NCBI GenBank assembly: GCA_951406725.2
Contig: OX597835.1
Location: 38,502,001-38,566,000 of the forward strand
Reading direction: 5' to 3'
Length of the DNA: 64,000 nt
From: Octopus vulgaris
Taxonomy: Eukaryota
The notes under the pieces are model-generated. The model was not told the DNA's origin. It searched no databases and was given only the letters and a program-made list of their open reading frames with translations. Shown here piece by piece: positions 26,031 through 39,756 of this stretch. Numbering within the stretch: the stretch's first letter is position 1; every line of letters starts with the position of its first letter. Position numbers and translations under genes: made by a program.

Positions 26031-27460
26031 ATTGTTGTTACTTTTTTTTTTCTTCTTTCAAATTTGCTTCCATTTCTTGCCGAGTGTCTTCCCGACTCCA
26101 AGGGCAAAGAAACTCATAGTATACATTGGTAGGCCATTAAACCAAACTCAATAGTTCGTTCATTTAAAAAATTTTTTTTTTTTTAAGTTAAATTAAAATA
26201 CATGGGCAGCAACGGTTCTCACATCGACAATGCTCTTCTCAATACGTGTGATGTACCAGTTAAGACAATCTTTTGCACTTCTTCCAGGGGTGGTAAGCCA
26301 GGGATCATTCTCATATAATTTTCGGTTCCCTTCTTGATCATTCCTAGTGCTCCTACGATCACTGGTATTGTAACCGCCTTGAGATGCCACATTTTCTGAA
26401 TTTCAATGAGTAGGTCTTTATATTTTCTGAGCTTGTCAAACTCTTTCGCCGAGATATTATGATCACAGGGGATGCTCATGTCGATCAATAAGCAAACTTT
26501 ATTGTTTTGGTCTTTCACAACAATATCTGGTCTATTGGCCTTGATGGTTCGGTCTGTATGTACTGGAAAGTCCCACAGAATGATTACATTTTCTCCTTCA
26601 GTTACAGCCTCAGGGTGGTGATTATACCACTTGTCGGCAGTTTTGATATTGTAATGCCGACTTATTAGCCAGTGGAGATATTGGCCAACTCTGTCATGTC
26701 TTAATTTATACTCCACTGGTGCTAAGACTTTACATCCAGAGATTAGATGGTCCACTGTTTCAATCATGTCGTTGCAGAATCGGCATTTTGGGTCTGCTCC
26801 ATTTTTCATGACATTGGCCTGGTAGTTCCGGGTTAATAGGCTTTGATCTTGAGCAGCCAGGATGAAACCTTCGCTCTCTGCTTTTTGCCCTGAGCTCCGT
26901 AGCCACTGATGGGTTTGCTTCTGGTCAACATCAGCTTGTATGCTGCGGGCCACATATTTGCCGTGCAGAGGTTTCTCCTCCCACCTATCAGCCAATTGCT
27001 CGTGCGCTTTTTTCGTTGCCATCATTTTCACCTTCTTTGCAACAATAGTTGCCGTACTTCCCTCGGGTTGTTCAGTTTGGGTATCCTGCACGAGATCAAT
27101 AGCAAATTTTTTGCTTTCCTTTATAATAGAATGAAGCTTCTTTCGTCTCTCGTGATTTTCCACGAGCTTTAGCATCCAGTCATTCGTTATTTCGAGATAT
27201 TTGGCCAGTCCAATTGTGGTTGTTTTGTAAGCTAGTTCAAATTGGATCAGGCCTCGACCTCCTTGGGCTCTGGGAAGGTAAAGGCGATCTACGTCTGCCT
27301 TTGGGTGGTGCATCCTATTACAACTCAGCAGCTTGCGTATTTTCCTATCTATATTCTTTACTTCACTCATATTCCAGTTCAACACATTGTAGCTATAAGT
27401 AACAACTGGAACTGCTAAGGAATTTATAGCTAACACCTTGTTACGTGCATTTAGTTCAGC
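26031..27460 (-). mobile_element. 5'-truncated R4/Dong-clade non-LTR retrotransposon
   Basis: Open ORF, ~190-bp 3' UTR and A-rich tail running into (TAA)n (25972-26029). Similarity to the element appears to start at AELNARNK (~27460). Confidence 0.85.
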
Positions 27461-27484
27461 AACGTTTAGTGGCGCCACAAACAA
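26219..27484 (-). CDS. Partial retrotransposon ORF: RT thumb region, CCHC zinc knuckle and restriction-like endonuclease
   Basis: 421 aa without stops: RLYLPRAQGGRGL, KPLHGKY, ESEGFILAAQDQ, CRFC..ETVDHLISGC, RHD, RPDIVV..LIDMS, KLRKY, IPVIVGALG; diagnostic of RLE-bearing LINEs (R2/R4/NeSL group). Confidence 0.92.
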   Translation of the reverse strand: MFVAPLNVAELNARNKVLAINSLAVPVVTYSYNVLNWNMSEVKNIDRKIRKLLSCNRMHHPKADVDRLYLPRAQGGRGLIQFELAYKTTTIGLAKYLEITNDWMLKLVENHERRKKLHSIIKESKKFAIDLVQDTQTEQPEGSTATIVAKKVKMMATKKAHEQLADRWEEKPLHGKYVARSIQADVDQKQTHQWLRSSGQKAESEGFILAAQDQSLLTRNYQANVMKNGADPKCRFCNDMIETVDHLISGCKVLAPVEYKLRHDRVGQYLHWLISRHYNIKTADKWYNHHPEAVTEGENVIILWDFPVHTDRTIKANRPDIVVKDQNNKVCLLIDMSIPCDHNISAKEFDKLRKYKDLLIEIQKMWHLKAVTIPVIVGALGMIKKGTENYMRMIPGLPPLEEVQKIVLTGTSHVLRRALSM

Positions 27485-27706
27485 TTTGGATTTACTGAGG
27501 ATGGCACAGGCTTAATGAATAGGGGGCACAATTTTCACTCAGTCTCTCCTAAAATCTTCTATTATTGTGGAATTTAAAAAAAATTTACCCACGAAAACTA
27601 ACATTCACACACAAACTTATACACACGCATACATACGCATACACATAATGAAGCTTCTCTCTCATGAGATTCTTCATAACAAAAAAATGATATTAATAAA
27701 TATATA

Positions 27707-28125
27707 GGCACAGGAGTGGCTGTGTGGTAAGTTGCTTGCTTACCAAGCACATGCTTCCGGGTTCAGTCCCACTAAGTAGCACCTTGGGCAAGTGTCTTCT
27801 ACTATAGCCTCGGGCCGACCAAAGCCTTGTGAGTGGATTTGGTAGCCGAAAACTGAAAGAAGCCCGTCGTATATATGCATATATATGTGTATGTATGTGT
27901 GTGTGTTTGTGTGTCTATGTTTTTCTCCCCAACATCGCTTGACAACCGATGCTGGTGTCTTTACTTCCCTGTTACTTAGCGGTTCGACAAAATAGACCGA
28001 TTGAATAAATACTAGGCTTACAAATAATATGTCCTGGGGTCGATTTGCTCGATTAAAGGCGGTGCTCTAGTATGGCCGCAGTCAAATGACTGAAACAAGT
28101 AAAAGAATAAAAGAATAAAATAAAA
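27707..28125 (+). mobile_element. SINE family A, full length
   Basis: Head to tail match, ending in TAAAA(GAA) repeats. Confidence 0.92.
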
Positions 28126-28515
28126 GACAAGAATTTATTTGAAATTTTGATCATAATTTATCATCGATGAATAAAGCATCAGGTTACCATAGAAATGTCT
28201 TGTATGAATTAAATATTAAGTTACTTATTTAAAATCCATACATCCGGTGACAATCTCTAAGATTAATTGCCTGCACCGATTCGTCGACCTTTGGAGACAG
28301 TGCTGTATTTTTTTCTGAATAGTAAACAGCCTGGAGAAGAAATTCTAGCTGCCAAATGTGATACCTTCTAGCTTTCAGTCGTATTTGAGAAGCTCAATTT
28401 GCTGAACAATTCGCTACGAAGTAAAAGTATAAATCTTTTAATTTTCAAAAAGGCTCCTAGTTATTTCCTTGGAAAACTTTATCTATTCAGGATAGATAAA
28501 GTTAGATAGATATTA

Positions 28516-28900
28516 GGCGCAGGAGCGGCTGTGTGGTAAGTAGCTTGCTAACCAACTGCATGGTTCCGGGTTCCGTCCCACTGCGTGGCATCTTGGGCAA
28601 GTGTCTTCTACTATAGCCTCGGGCCGACCAAAGCCTTGTGAGTGGATTTGGTAGACGGAAACTGAAAGAAGCCTGTCGTATATATGTATATATATATGGG
28701 TATGTGTGTGTATGTGTTTGTGTGTCTGTGTTTGTCTCCCTAGCATTGCTTGACAACCGATGCTGGTGTGTTTACGTCCCCGTAACTTAGCGGTTCGGCA
28801 AAAGAGACCGATAGAATAAGTACTGGGCTTACAAAGAATAAGTTCCGGGGTCGATTTGCTTGACTAAAGGCGGTGCTCCAGCATGGCGTAAAAAAGAAAA
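28516..28900 (+). mobile_element. SINE family A lacking the terminal hairpin
   Basis: Match from head to CCAGCATGG, then an A-rich end; ATTAGGC occurs on both flanks. Confidence 0.9.
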
Positions 28901-29061
28901 AGAAAGATTAGGCCTAAGGAATTGATAATTTTCTAACCCTTGCTATTATTCAGGAGAAGCTGTAAGAGAATATTTCAATGTACACTGAGCACTTGAAGAA
29001 ATTATTGAGAGAAATGGAATTAGGTTAAATGATCTCCTAGAAATAAAACTTCCAAGTGGAA

Positions 29062-29362
29062 TGTGGAGGCACATGGTCTAGTGGTTAGAGCAGCGGACTC
29101 GCGATCGAGGGATCGCGGGTTCTAATCTCAGACTGGGCGATGTGTGTGTTTATGAGCGAAACACCTAAGCTCCACGCGGTTCCAGCAGAAGGTAATGGCG
29201 AACTTCTGCTGACTCTTTCGCCACAACTTTCTCTCACTCTTTCCTCCTGCATCTTGCAGCTCACCTGCGACGGACCGGCGTCCCGTCCAGGTGGGGAACC
29301 TGTATGCCAAGATAACCGGGAAACCGGCCCTCATGAGCCAGGCATGGCTCGAGAAGGAACAA
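29062..29362 (+). mobile_element. Chimeric SINE: family C head/body with the tail of the 12474-type family D element
   Basis: 5' part matches 45948 onward to CCACAACTTTCTCTCACTCTTT; 3' part GCGACGGACCGGCGTCCCGTCCAG..AACCGGGAAACCGGCCCTCATGAGCC matches the 12474-12959 units. Confidence 0.8.
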
Positions 29363-29749
29363 TATCAACAATGGTAGACCCATTTGGAAAAAATGGTGCT
29401 GATGCTGGCACCATACTACATGAAATATTTACTGAGTTGCGGAGGAATCAAACTTCTGAAGCTAAATTTAACCATGGGCTCAATAAGTGGTTAAGTGGTG
29501 AAATTACTTTGAAATACTTCGGCAGGATGTAAAATTATGTTTCATTGTCTTTACTACTATTGACTCGGGTCTTCACCAACTGTTTTTCCTGCAATTAAAA
29601 GATCTGAATAGCTTTGGAATTCTTAAATAGAGGTCATTTTTCTTTGTGTCTAATAACCAGGGGCCCTGGCATGGAAAAACTTGCGAAACTGCGTCAGCCA
29701 GGACGATGTTGCTGAAACAAATACAGTAAAGAGGTAATATCTTATATTA

Positions 29750-30103
29750 TTTTCAGTAACTAAACTGCGGCCATACTGGGACACCGCCTTGAAGGAGTTC
29801 TAGTCTAACGACTCGACTCCTGTACATTTTGTATTTCGAGTCTGGTACTCGCTAAGTTATGGGGACATAAAAACACCAACAGCGGTTGTCAGGCGGTGAT
29901 GGGGGACAAACAAGGACACAAAAATGCACATCCCCCCACACACGTGCTTCTTTTAGTTTCCTTCTACCAAATCCACTCGCAAAGCTTTGGTAGAACCGAA
30001 GCTATAGCAGAAGACATTTGCCCAAGGTACCACGCAGTGAGATTGAACTCGAAACCATGTGGTTGGGAAGCAAGCTTCTTCTTAACACACAGCCACGCCT
30101 GCG
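29750..30103 (-). mobile_element. Older SINE family A copy
   Basis: Degenerate reverse-complement match; similar old copies at ~17520-17770, ~33850-34256, ~54150-54330 and ~54795-54958. Confidence 0.75.
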
Positions 30104-30429
30104 CCGGTAGCTACGCCTAAAAGGTTTTATCGTTGTGATCAAAAAGTAATCACTTTTTAGAAGCTATTAATTTTCTGGGTGTCAAAAGAAGTTTTATGTT
30201 CTGTGTGTCATGTGGAGAAAATAATGTATAATAATAAATCGTTGATTCATGGAATCCAGAATATATTCTTGTTTTTTTTTTGTGAATTAGAATAACAGAG
30301 AATAAATGTGCAATTAATAGACGCTAATATTTTTATGGAGTTTATTCCGTTAATGGCAAAAAACAGGTCACCTTTGAAAAAGAATATTTTAAATATATAT
30401 ATATATATTTATTTATATATTTATTTATA

Positions 30430-30621
<192 letters not shown>

Positions 30622-31018
30622 ATTTTATTTTATCTAGTTTCAAATTTTTGTTCAGATGTTGTTTTATTAGAAATTATCAGTTTTTAAACATCCATATAAA
30701 TAAATTTCATAATAAAACTAATTTAAAAGAAGACATAAAATTTTGTTACTTTTTGATAAATTTTACAAATTTCATTTTTATTAAAGGTTTTCAATTTTTT
30801 CCAAAAGCGACGTGTTCTAGTATCAAAAATTCATTACTTTTTTCTCTAATAATACTTTAGGGGTCTGTAGAAAAATTTGAAATTCCAAGATAGGGTACAT
30901 GACCGAAAAAGTGCTGAGAGCTACTGTTACAATGGATATCTTTTTTCTAATTTGCCTGTTTCAAAGTACCCCTATCTACTTGTATTCGAAGTGAATACAT
31001 TTTTGTTTTTGTTATATA

Positions 31019-31705
31019 TCTGACCAGGTGGATTCTTAAAATCTTCAGAACAAGAGACCAGGAAACCATGATAGTCCTCTTGAGGACATTTGTCCTAAGC
31101 CACTTTGACTATTGCTCTCAGCTATGGTCACCATCCAGTGTCAAGTTGATCACAGAACTTGAGGCGATCCAACGAAGCTACACGAAGAAGATAGCCTCTG
31201 TGCAGCATATAAGCTACTGGGAAAGACTCAAGAGATTAAAACTCTATTCCTTGGAGCGTAGGCCAGAAAGACATGCCATAATATACATCTGGAAGATCCT
31301 AGAAGAACTTGTCCCAAACTTTGGCATCGAGAGTTACACCTATACTAGAACTGGGCGTCACTGCATAGTGCCAAGGACTCCAAATTTGCCATCAAGATGT
31401 AGGACAAGATACTGCGATAGCCTGGGCTTCCGAGGCCCACAGCTCTTCAATATCCTCCCGAAGAACCTAAGAGACCTGCATGGGGTGGATGCGGATGTCT
31501 TTAAAGTAGGACTGGATCTCTTCCTGTCAGGTGTCCCGGATGAACCAACTTCACGGCAGGAGGTGCAGATGAGGGAAGCTGCATCGAACTCTCTCATGCA
31601 CCAAATGGCAATTGCTAAAAAGCATTCGTGAAGTAAAATCATGTAGCAACACCAAATGGCGGTGCCTCAGCATGGCCATAGCTCGTGAGCTGAAACTAGA
31701 TAAAA
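31019..31705 (+). mobile_element. 5'-truncated CR1/L2-type LINE 3' end with hairpin tail
   Basis: ORF end followed by GGCGGTGCCTCAGCATGGCCATAGCTCGTGAGCTGAAACTAGATAAAA. Confidence 0.85.
31068..31631 (+). CDS. Partial LINE ORF2 C-terminal region (CR1/L2/Jockey group)
   Basis: FVLSHFDYCSQLWSP, LEAIQRSYTKKI, SYWERLKRLKLYSLERR, FNILP, FKVGLDLFL motifs typical of CR1-type ORF2 ends. Confidence 0.85.
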   Translation: MIVLLRTFVLSHFDYCSQLWSPSSVKLITELEAIQRSYTKKIASVQHISYWERLKRLKLYSLERRPERHAIIYIWKILEELVPNFGIESYTYTRTGRHCIVPRTPNLPSRCRTRYCDSLGFRGPQLFNILPKNLRDLHGVDADVFKVGLDLFLSGVPDEPTSRQEVQMREAASNSLMHQMAIAKKHS

Positions 31706-32909
31706 TTTTTAAAAAATTATTATATTTTTTTAAATCGGATTTTCGGTGGTGCATTTTAAAATCAGGGCGGTGAGCTGGCCGAAATCGTTACCACCTTTTT
31801 ACGTTCTGCGTTTAAATCCCATGAGTGAGGATCGATAAAAATACCAATCAAGTACCGAGGTCAATGTAATCAACTTGAACCTTATCTTCAAAAATTGCTG
31901 GCCTTCAACCCTGCAACGGACCGGCATCCTGTTTAGGGGTGATGTTGTGGTCTTGGTCATTTAATTGCCATGGAAACAGGGTAACTGGTTTATGATTCCC
32001 CACACTCAAAGATGTAAAAAGAAAATCTAAACACAGTAATGTTTTTCATTGTTTCCTGACTAATCTTATTAGTTTGTTTAACATCCAACTAATTACAACG
32101 TAAATTATTACAAACACACATAGTATATTGGCACCAATATTCTTTTAATTTTTATATTGACTTATATCTTGGTTTTAATTGTTAATCTACAGCACTTGTT
32201 CTAATGCAGGGTGGTCCATCTGACCCCTAGGGATCTATATAAAGTTTTGGGGAGTTTAATGCAAGCAAAATAGCAAATTGGGAATCCACTGTAGTATTTT
32301 AAGGGTGTACTTGTAAATTTTGCTTTAGACGCATTTATTGCAAAAATCAGCTATGCTGCTTCCTCTGACGCTTTCCTTAGTTCATCATGTTCCTGGCATC
32401 TGAAACATGTTCTTTCAGAGAGTTCTCTAGCAAACCTACACAAGTGAATGTGTGAAAAACAAAATAGGAATTTTGAAACTAGTTTTTAAGCATCTAATTT
32501 TTATGGAGGCTTCACCAGAGTAAAATATCAGTAGTAATCAAAGAGAGTCACAGAAAAAAAAAAAAGGTTGAGAAATCCTACTTTAGCTCTTTGCATTGGT
32601 TTATATTGGAAAGAACAGCTAGGTTTCTTGTTCTAACATTTTACATAATTCAACCTTCACAAGTTAATGTTTGAAAAATAAAATAGGAACTTTGAAAGAA
32701 GTTTCTATGAAATTAGTTTTTAAACATTAAATGGCTATGGGTGTCTACGAGAATAAAACAGTAATCAGAGGGGTCCATAGATGAAAAATGTTTAAGAACC
32801 CCTGAGCATCTACAATCGTGCTAAAATTTGGGAATATTTTAAAAAAATTAATTATGGCCGATACACGCTCCGACCAAATATAACTTTGGGCATTTAATAT
32901 GAACGTTCT

Positions 32910-33305
32910 AAGGCGGCGAGCCGGCAGAAACGTTAGCACGCCAGGCGAAATGCTTAGCAGTATTTCGCCTGAGTTCAAATTCCGCCAAGGTCGACTTTGC
33001 CTTTCATCCTTTCGGTGTCGATCAAATATGTACCAGTTACGCACTGGGGTCGATATAATCGACTTAATCCGTTTGTCTGTCCTTGTTTGTCCTCTCTGTG
33101 TTTAACACCTTGTGGGCAATAAAGAAATAGTTATTTCTTCTGTCTTTTCGTTCTGAGCTCGAATTCTGCCGAGGTCGATTTTTTTTTCCTTTCATCCTTT
33201 CGGGGTCGATAAATTAAGTACCAGTTGCGTACTGCGGTCGATGTAATAGACTGCGCCCGACCACCCCTAAAATTTCGTGCCTTGTGCCTAGAGTAGAAAA
33301 GAATT
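32910..33305 (+). mobile_element. SINE family B followed by a headless second unit with a different tail
   Basis: Copy 32910-33130, then TATTTC...TTCTGAG.TC.AATTC.GCCGAGGTCGA repeated, ending AAATTTCGTGCCTTGTGCCTAGAGTAGAAAAGAA. Confidence 0.82.
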
Positions 33306-33688
33306 TCTTTCAAGGTTGTCTTGGCGCCATCGGTAATATGTAAAATTTTCTGACAAATCCGAGTTCAATAGTTGTTTTAATTATTCATTTATTCATTTAT
33401 TTCATTTGACGAGTTCAAGTTGAGCTCATCTGTTTTCTTATATATAATAAATGGATTGTAGGAAATAATCCTAATGTTTTAAATTTCTAATTTAGATAAT
33501 GGAATTTTTTCTATAAGAAAAATTATTCTTTTATTTCTTAAATAAATATTGTTTAACTTTATTTGCTTACTTATTTAACTATTATCATTAACCTGAAGAT
33601 TGACTATCATTTTAATTCGAATTTATTTCAATTGAATTTAAACTTAATTGTAATTCGAATTCAATTATAGCCATGAAACGCACGTATA

Positions 33689-33723
<35 letters not shown>

Positions 33724-35115
33724 TATATATTATATTAATTATATATATTATTTGTTATTTATGTATTGGTTTATGTCTATCACTGTTTGAGTTGCATAAT
33801 AGTGGTTTTATTTCTAATTCATATTATATATATATATATATTGTTTTACTTCTTGCTGTTATAGTATTGTGGCTATGCTGGGATACCACCTTGAAGGGTT
33901 TCAATGGACAAATCAACCCTAGGATGGATTTCTCATTTCAAGTTGTGCCATTGATGCTATCGGTCTCTTTTGCCGAACTCCTAATTTACGGGGACGTAAA
34001 CGAACTCACACCGGTTGTCAAGAAGTGACGAGACGAATACAAACACTCACATACATGCATAAATACAAACATACATACATAAACACATACATGCGTACAT
34101 TCATGTCTGTGTGTGTGTGTGTGGATGCAAGGGGCTTCTGCACAGTTTCCGGCCTCCTAAATCCACTCACAGGCCACTGGTTGGTCCAGGACTGTAGTAG
34201 ATGACACTTGCCCAACTAGACCCGCAGTGGAACTGAACCCGAGCCCTCGTGGTTCCTGTGAATTTCTCTGTTAAATCCAAATAACGCTGTTGTTTTATCA
34301 TTTGTTGAGTTCACATTCAGCTCCTCTTTATACAAAAATAAAGGTTGACTGTCTCACTATGACAACTGTAGACGAGTCCATCTTAGTTTAATTTCTCGGT
34401 TAAACATGTCAGTACTATACAGCGAAGCATTGAAAAGGAGTCACCTTGGAATATGTTTCTTCAGAATGAAATAGTTTCCGCTTTTTCTAATTTCATCTTT
34501 TTGTCTGTAACTGCAAATGTCTGGCTATTTTTCTCATGACCTCCTTTATGATTATTCGTCAATTGGTTAGTTATTCAACCAACAAGTTAATCGATTATTT
34601 TATTAATCTTTCAGTAAATCAATCGATCAGTTGGTCAAAGTGATTCCGTCGCCATTCGCGACAGCTTCAATGATTGATTGATCAAGCGGATGATTAATCA
34701 AAAATTTGATTAATTCAATGGCTAAATAGCTAACAAATTGACGAATAATACCAAAGAAGTGAAACTGAACCAGTGCGTATGTTTATTATTAGCGTAATGA
34801 CCTTACGAGATTTGGACGGTTTACGAACTCCACGCTAAAAAGCTAAACCGTACGCGCATTTGTTACTTGAGAAAGCTCTTGAAAATGAACTTGGAAGACA
34901 AGGTCCCAGACAAGTTTTCTCTCGTGCTATCTGCCAAGAATTTTGACATTGTTGAAGAGAGCATAACTCAAATGGGCAGCCCACCTGGCGCATATTCTCT
35001 CGATATCTTTTGCCGAACCGCTGGGAAACGGTAACGTAAGCACACCAACACCAGTTGTGAAGCGGTGATGGCAGACAAAAACATACACGCACACACGTAC
35101 ACACACATTTATATA

Positions 35116-35182
<67 letters not shown>

Positions 35183-35204
35183 ATACAACAGGCTTCTTTC
35201 AGTT

Positions 35205-35611
35205 TATTTCTTTACTGCCCACAAGGGGCTACAAACAGAGGGGACAAACAAGGACAGACAAACAGATTAAGTCGATTATATCGACACCAGTGCGTAACTG
35301 CTACTTAATTTACCGACCCCGAAAGGATGAAAGGCAAAGTCAACGTCAGCGAAATTTGAACTCAGAACGTAGCGGCAAACGAAATACTTATTTCTTTACT
35401 ACCCACAAGGGCCTAAACATAGAGAGGACAAACAAGGACAGACAAACGGATTAAGTCGATTATATCGCACCCCAGCGCGTAACTGGTACTTATTTAATCG
35501 ACCCCGAAAGGATGAAAGGCAAAGTCGACCTCGGCAGAATTTGAACTCGGAACGCAACGGCTGAAGAAATACGGCTACGCATTTCGCTCTGTGTGCTAAC
35601 GATTCTGCCAA
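35205..35611 (-). mobile_element. SINE family B dimer inserted in a family A copy
   Basis: Two tandem B units; family A pieces on both sides (~35000-35201 and ~35612-35696). Confidence 0.82.
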
Positions 35612-36143
35612 TTTCTCTCTACCAAATCCACTCACAACGCTTTGATCGGTTCGACACTTGACCAAGATGCCACGCAGTGGGATTGAACCCGGAACCAATT
35701 GATTGCGAACTGGAGAGATTCCCCGCCCTCCCAGCTACGCACCCTGTAGGAGAACTCTAAAACATAATTCGTATAATTAAATGACTCAGTTTTCGGAATT
35801 GATGCTCAGATTTTCTTTTTTCTACACCGTAGAGTTAGCATTTGCTAATTAAAAACAAAACCATTTTCCTTTCTATTAAGCATGCTACCGCAGACATTAC
35901 TATCTCTCTTCCCAGCGGATGGCGTTCCTGTGTTATTTTTACGTTTATTTCTTTTTGTTTTTTTGTTTTTCTTTTGCATATTGTGTCTGCAACGTTATCT
36001 AGTCTGGTCGCCATGCGTAATGGAAGCTACCGCGTAGAAATCTTGTCCGCAACACCTCCTAGACATCGTATAGTAACGCAATTAGTTGCAACACCAAATC
36101 TGAAAGCCAGATGCGGCTCCATGGAAACAACTTAACAGTTTCT

Positions 36144-36178
<35 letters not shown>

Positions 36179-36388
36179 ATGTGTTTGTGAATATTATCTT
36201 TCTAAATTCATCAGTGTCGCGAGGAAAATTTAACCAGAATGTGCATATATGTATATATATGCATGTATATATACATATAATATATATATATACACACACA
36301 TATATATATATACATATATATGTATATATATATATGTATATACACACATAAATGTATATTATATATATATATTTACATATATGTATAT

Positions 36389-36472
<84 letters not shown>

Positions 36473-36551
36473 TATATACATATATGTATATATTTATATA
36501 CATACATATATATATCCATATATCTATCTATATATATACATGCACACACAT

Positions 36552-36588
<37 letters not shown>

Positions 36589-37007
36589 ACGTAAATGTGT
36601 ATGTATATATAAATGCATCTATATATGTAAAAGTATATAACTCCCTTCTGTCCTTCTTTTGTTCCTTCTGTCCATCACATGACTTTGACAAACATTTGTG
36701 CGCACGCACAGAAACACACCAATATATAAATGATATGCATACACATTCGTACGTGTATATACACATATATACATAAATAGACACACACACACACATATAT
36801 ATATACATCTTAAAGTATATGGTTGCACACATGTGTATATTACGTATATGCATATGTATATTTTTCATATATGTATACAAAAGTATGATATATATATATA
36901 TATATGAACATATATATATATATATACATGAACATATATATATATACATGAACATATATATATATATACACATGAACTATATATATATATATATATATAT
37001 ATACATG

Positions 37008-37042
<35 letters not shown>

Positions 37043-37107
37043 GAACATATATATACATGAACATATATATATATATATATATATACATGAATATATATAT
37101 ATATACA

Positions 37108-37152
<45 letters not shown>

Positions 37153-37168
37153 GATATATATATATACA

Positions 37169-37234
<66 letters not shown>

Positions 37235-37330
37235 GCGTGTGTGTATATATGCATCTATATAAGTATGTATAGATACACAAACACATTCATATATATGCGA
37301 GTGTGTGTGCGTGTGTGCGTGTGTGTGCGC

Positions 37331-37365
<35 letters not shown>

Positions 37366-37603
37366 GATGAAGGCACACAGACTTATGCACGGACACAGAG
37401 ATTTATTCGTATAAATACCATATGTATTGACATACAGACGTTGCATGCACATGCGCACATCCGTTCATTTCTCAGCACATACTGAAACTTCTCAGCTGAA
37501 TAGAGACGCGTTTCACTTGATCCGAAAGGACAGTTCGACATCGTACCTCAAATGCACACACACACTGCGCACATAATATACATAAGTACACACGCAACGC
37601 ACA

Positions 37604-37669
<66 letters not shown>

Positions 37670-37761
37670 GATAGATATATACACACACAAATTCACACAC
37701 TAAGTCACGTGCATATATATACGTACATGCACGCACACACATGTATGTTTGTATGTATACG

Positions 37762-37896
<135 letters not shown>

Positions 37897-38014
37897 TGCC
37901 ACAAGAATGGGCTATCCTGCTAGTCTTAGTGGAGCCAATCAAATTTGTTACAGCGTCAGTGTAGCTGTGTGTGTGTTTCTCTGTATGTAAAATCTAAACA
38001 TGTATGTGAACACA

Positions 38015-38076
<62 letters not shown>

Positions 38077-38569
38077 GTATGTATATATATATAAACGTAT
38101 ATATATACATATACATACATATATATATAGATGTCTGTATGTATATGAATATATAGATATGTAGGTATATACTTATACGTATATATGTGTCTGTGTGTGT
38201 TTGTATACAAACAATATTTATAGATATTTATGCAGAAACATGTGTGTGTGCTTGTGAGCATGCGCGCGCACACACACACAAACGAAACGCACATACATGC
38301 ATACTTGCGTCTACATATGGATAAATGTCTCCATGTTTACATATATGTTTATATCTGTGTGTATGTGTGAATATATATATATACAGTGAGAGAGAGAGAG
38401 TGGGAGAGAAAGAGAGAGAAGAGAGAAGGGAGAAGGGGAAGGGGAGGAGGGGAAGGCGTGTATATATTGAAGTAGGCTAGAATTACGGTGAGATAAGAAC
38501 TGGAACTAGTGGAGCAGACCAATGATTTGGAAGAAACATTGGAAATCTCTTACGGAATGCTAATACAAC

Positions 38570-39270
<701 letters not shown>

Positions 39271-39756
39271 AAATAATATTGTTTTAACGGTGGCGTTTTT
39301 CTTGGTTGATATCTGTTGCTTATACATCTCTAAGTCAGCCATCAGTGAGCAGAACTATGATAAAAAAAAGCATTCCAGCCGTGACCAATATGACTGACTG
39401 TTGTTGGCAATGCGTGTATGTATATATACATATATATTAGACTACATTCTGCAGTCCAACGTAATCATCCCGTTGTTGCATGAATTGAAGGAGATACGGG
39501 TGTCATTTCTAGCACACCGTGTGGTCAGGCAGAGGCACATCATGGTGGTTATGGTGGCGTTCGATTCGCCACCATGTCGGTTTGGGTTCGGTCCCACTGG
39601 GATTCACCTTGTGTAACTTTCTTCTACTACGACCCCGGGCCGAACAATGCCTTCATAGCGAATTTGGTAGACGGCAGCGTGTCATATGTGTGTGCGTGTG
39701 TGTGTGCCTGTGTGTGTGCCTGTGTGTGTGCCTGTGTGTGTACGTGTGTTTGTTTG

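Larger units (their letters stand above)
28150..29660 (+). pseudogene. Degenerate hAT (Charlie/ZBED5-like) transposase C-terminal half, split by two SINEs
   Basis: Relic translation CDTF*LSVVFEKLNLLNNSLRSK ... YTEHLKKLLREME..NDLLEIKLP ... MVDPF...LHEIFTEL...AKFN...W matches the hAT YLxDIFxxLNxLNxxLQG...HL..L...F...DPF pattern. Confidence 0.62.

Noticed and set aside
35741-35762. ACCCTGTAG resembling the miR-10 family seed
   Set aside because: The rest does not match miR-10 and there is no complementary arm.
37500-37540. GAAACGCGTC on the minus strand (hammerhead 3' half)
   Set aside because: No CTGANGA box or stem II upstream.
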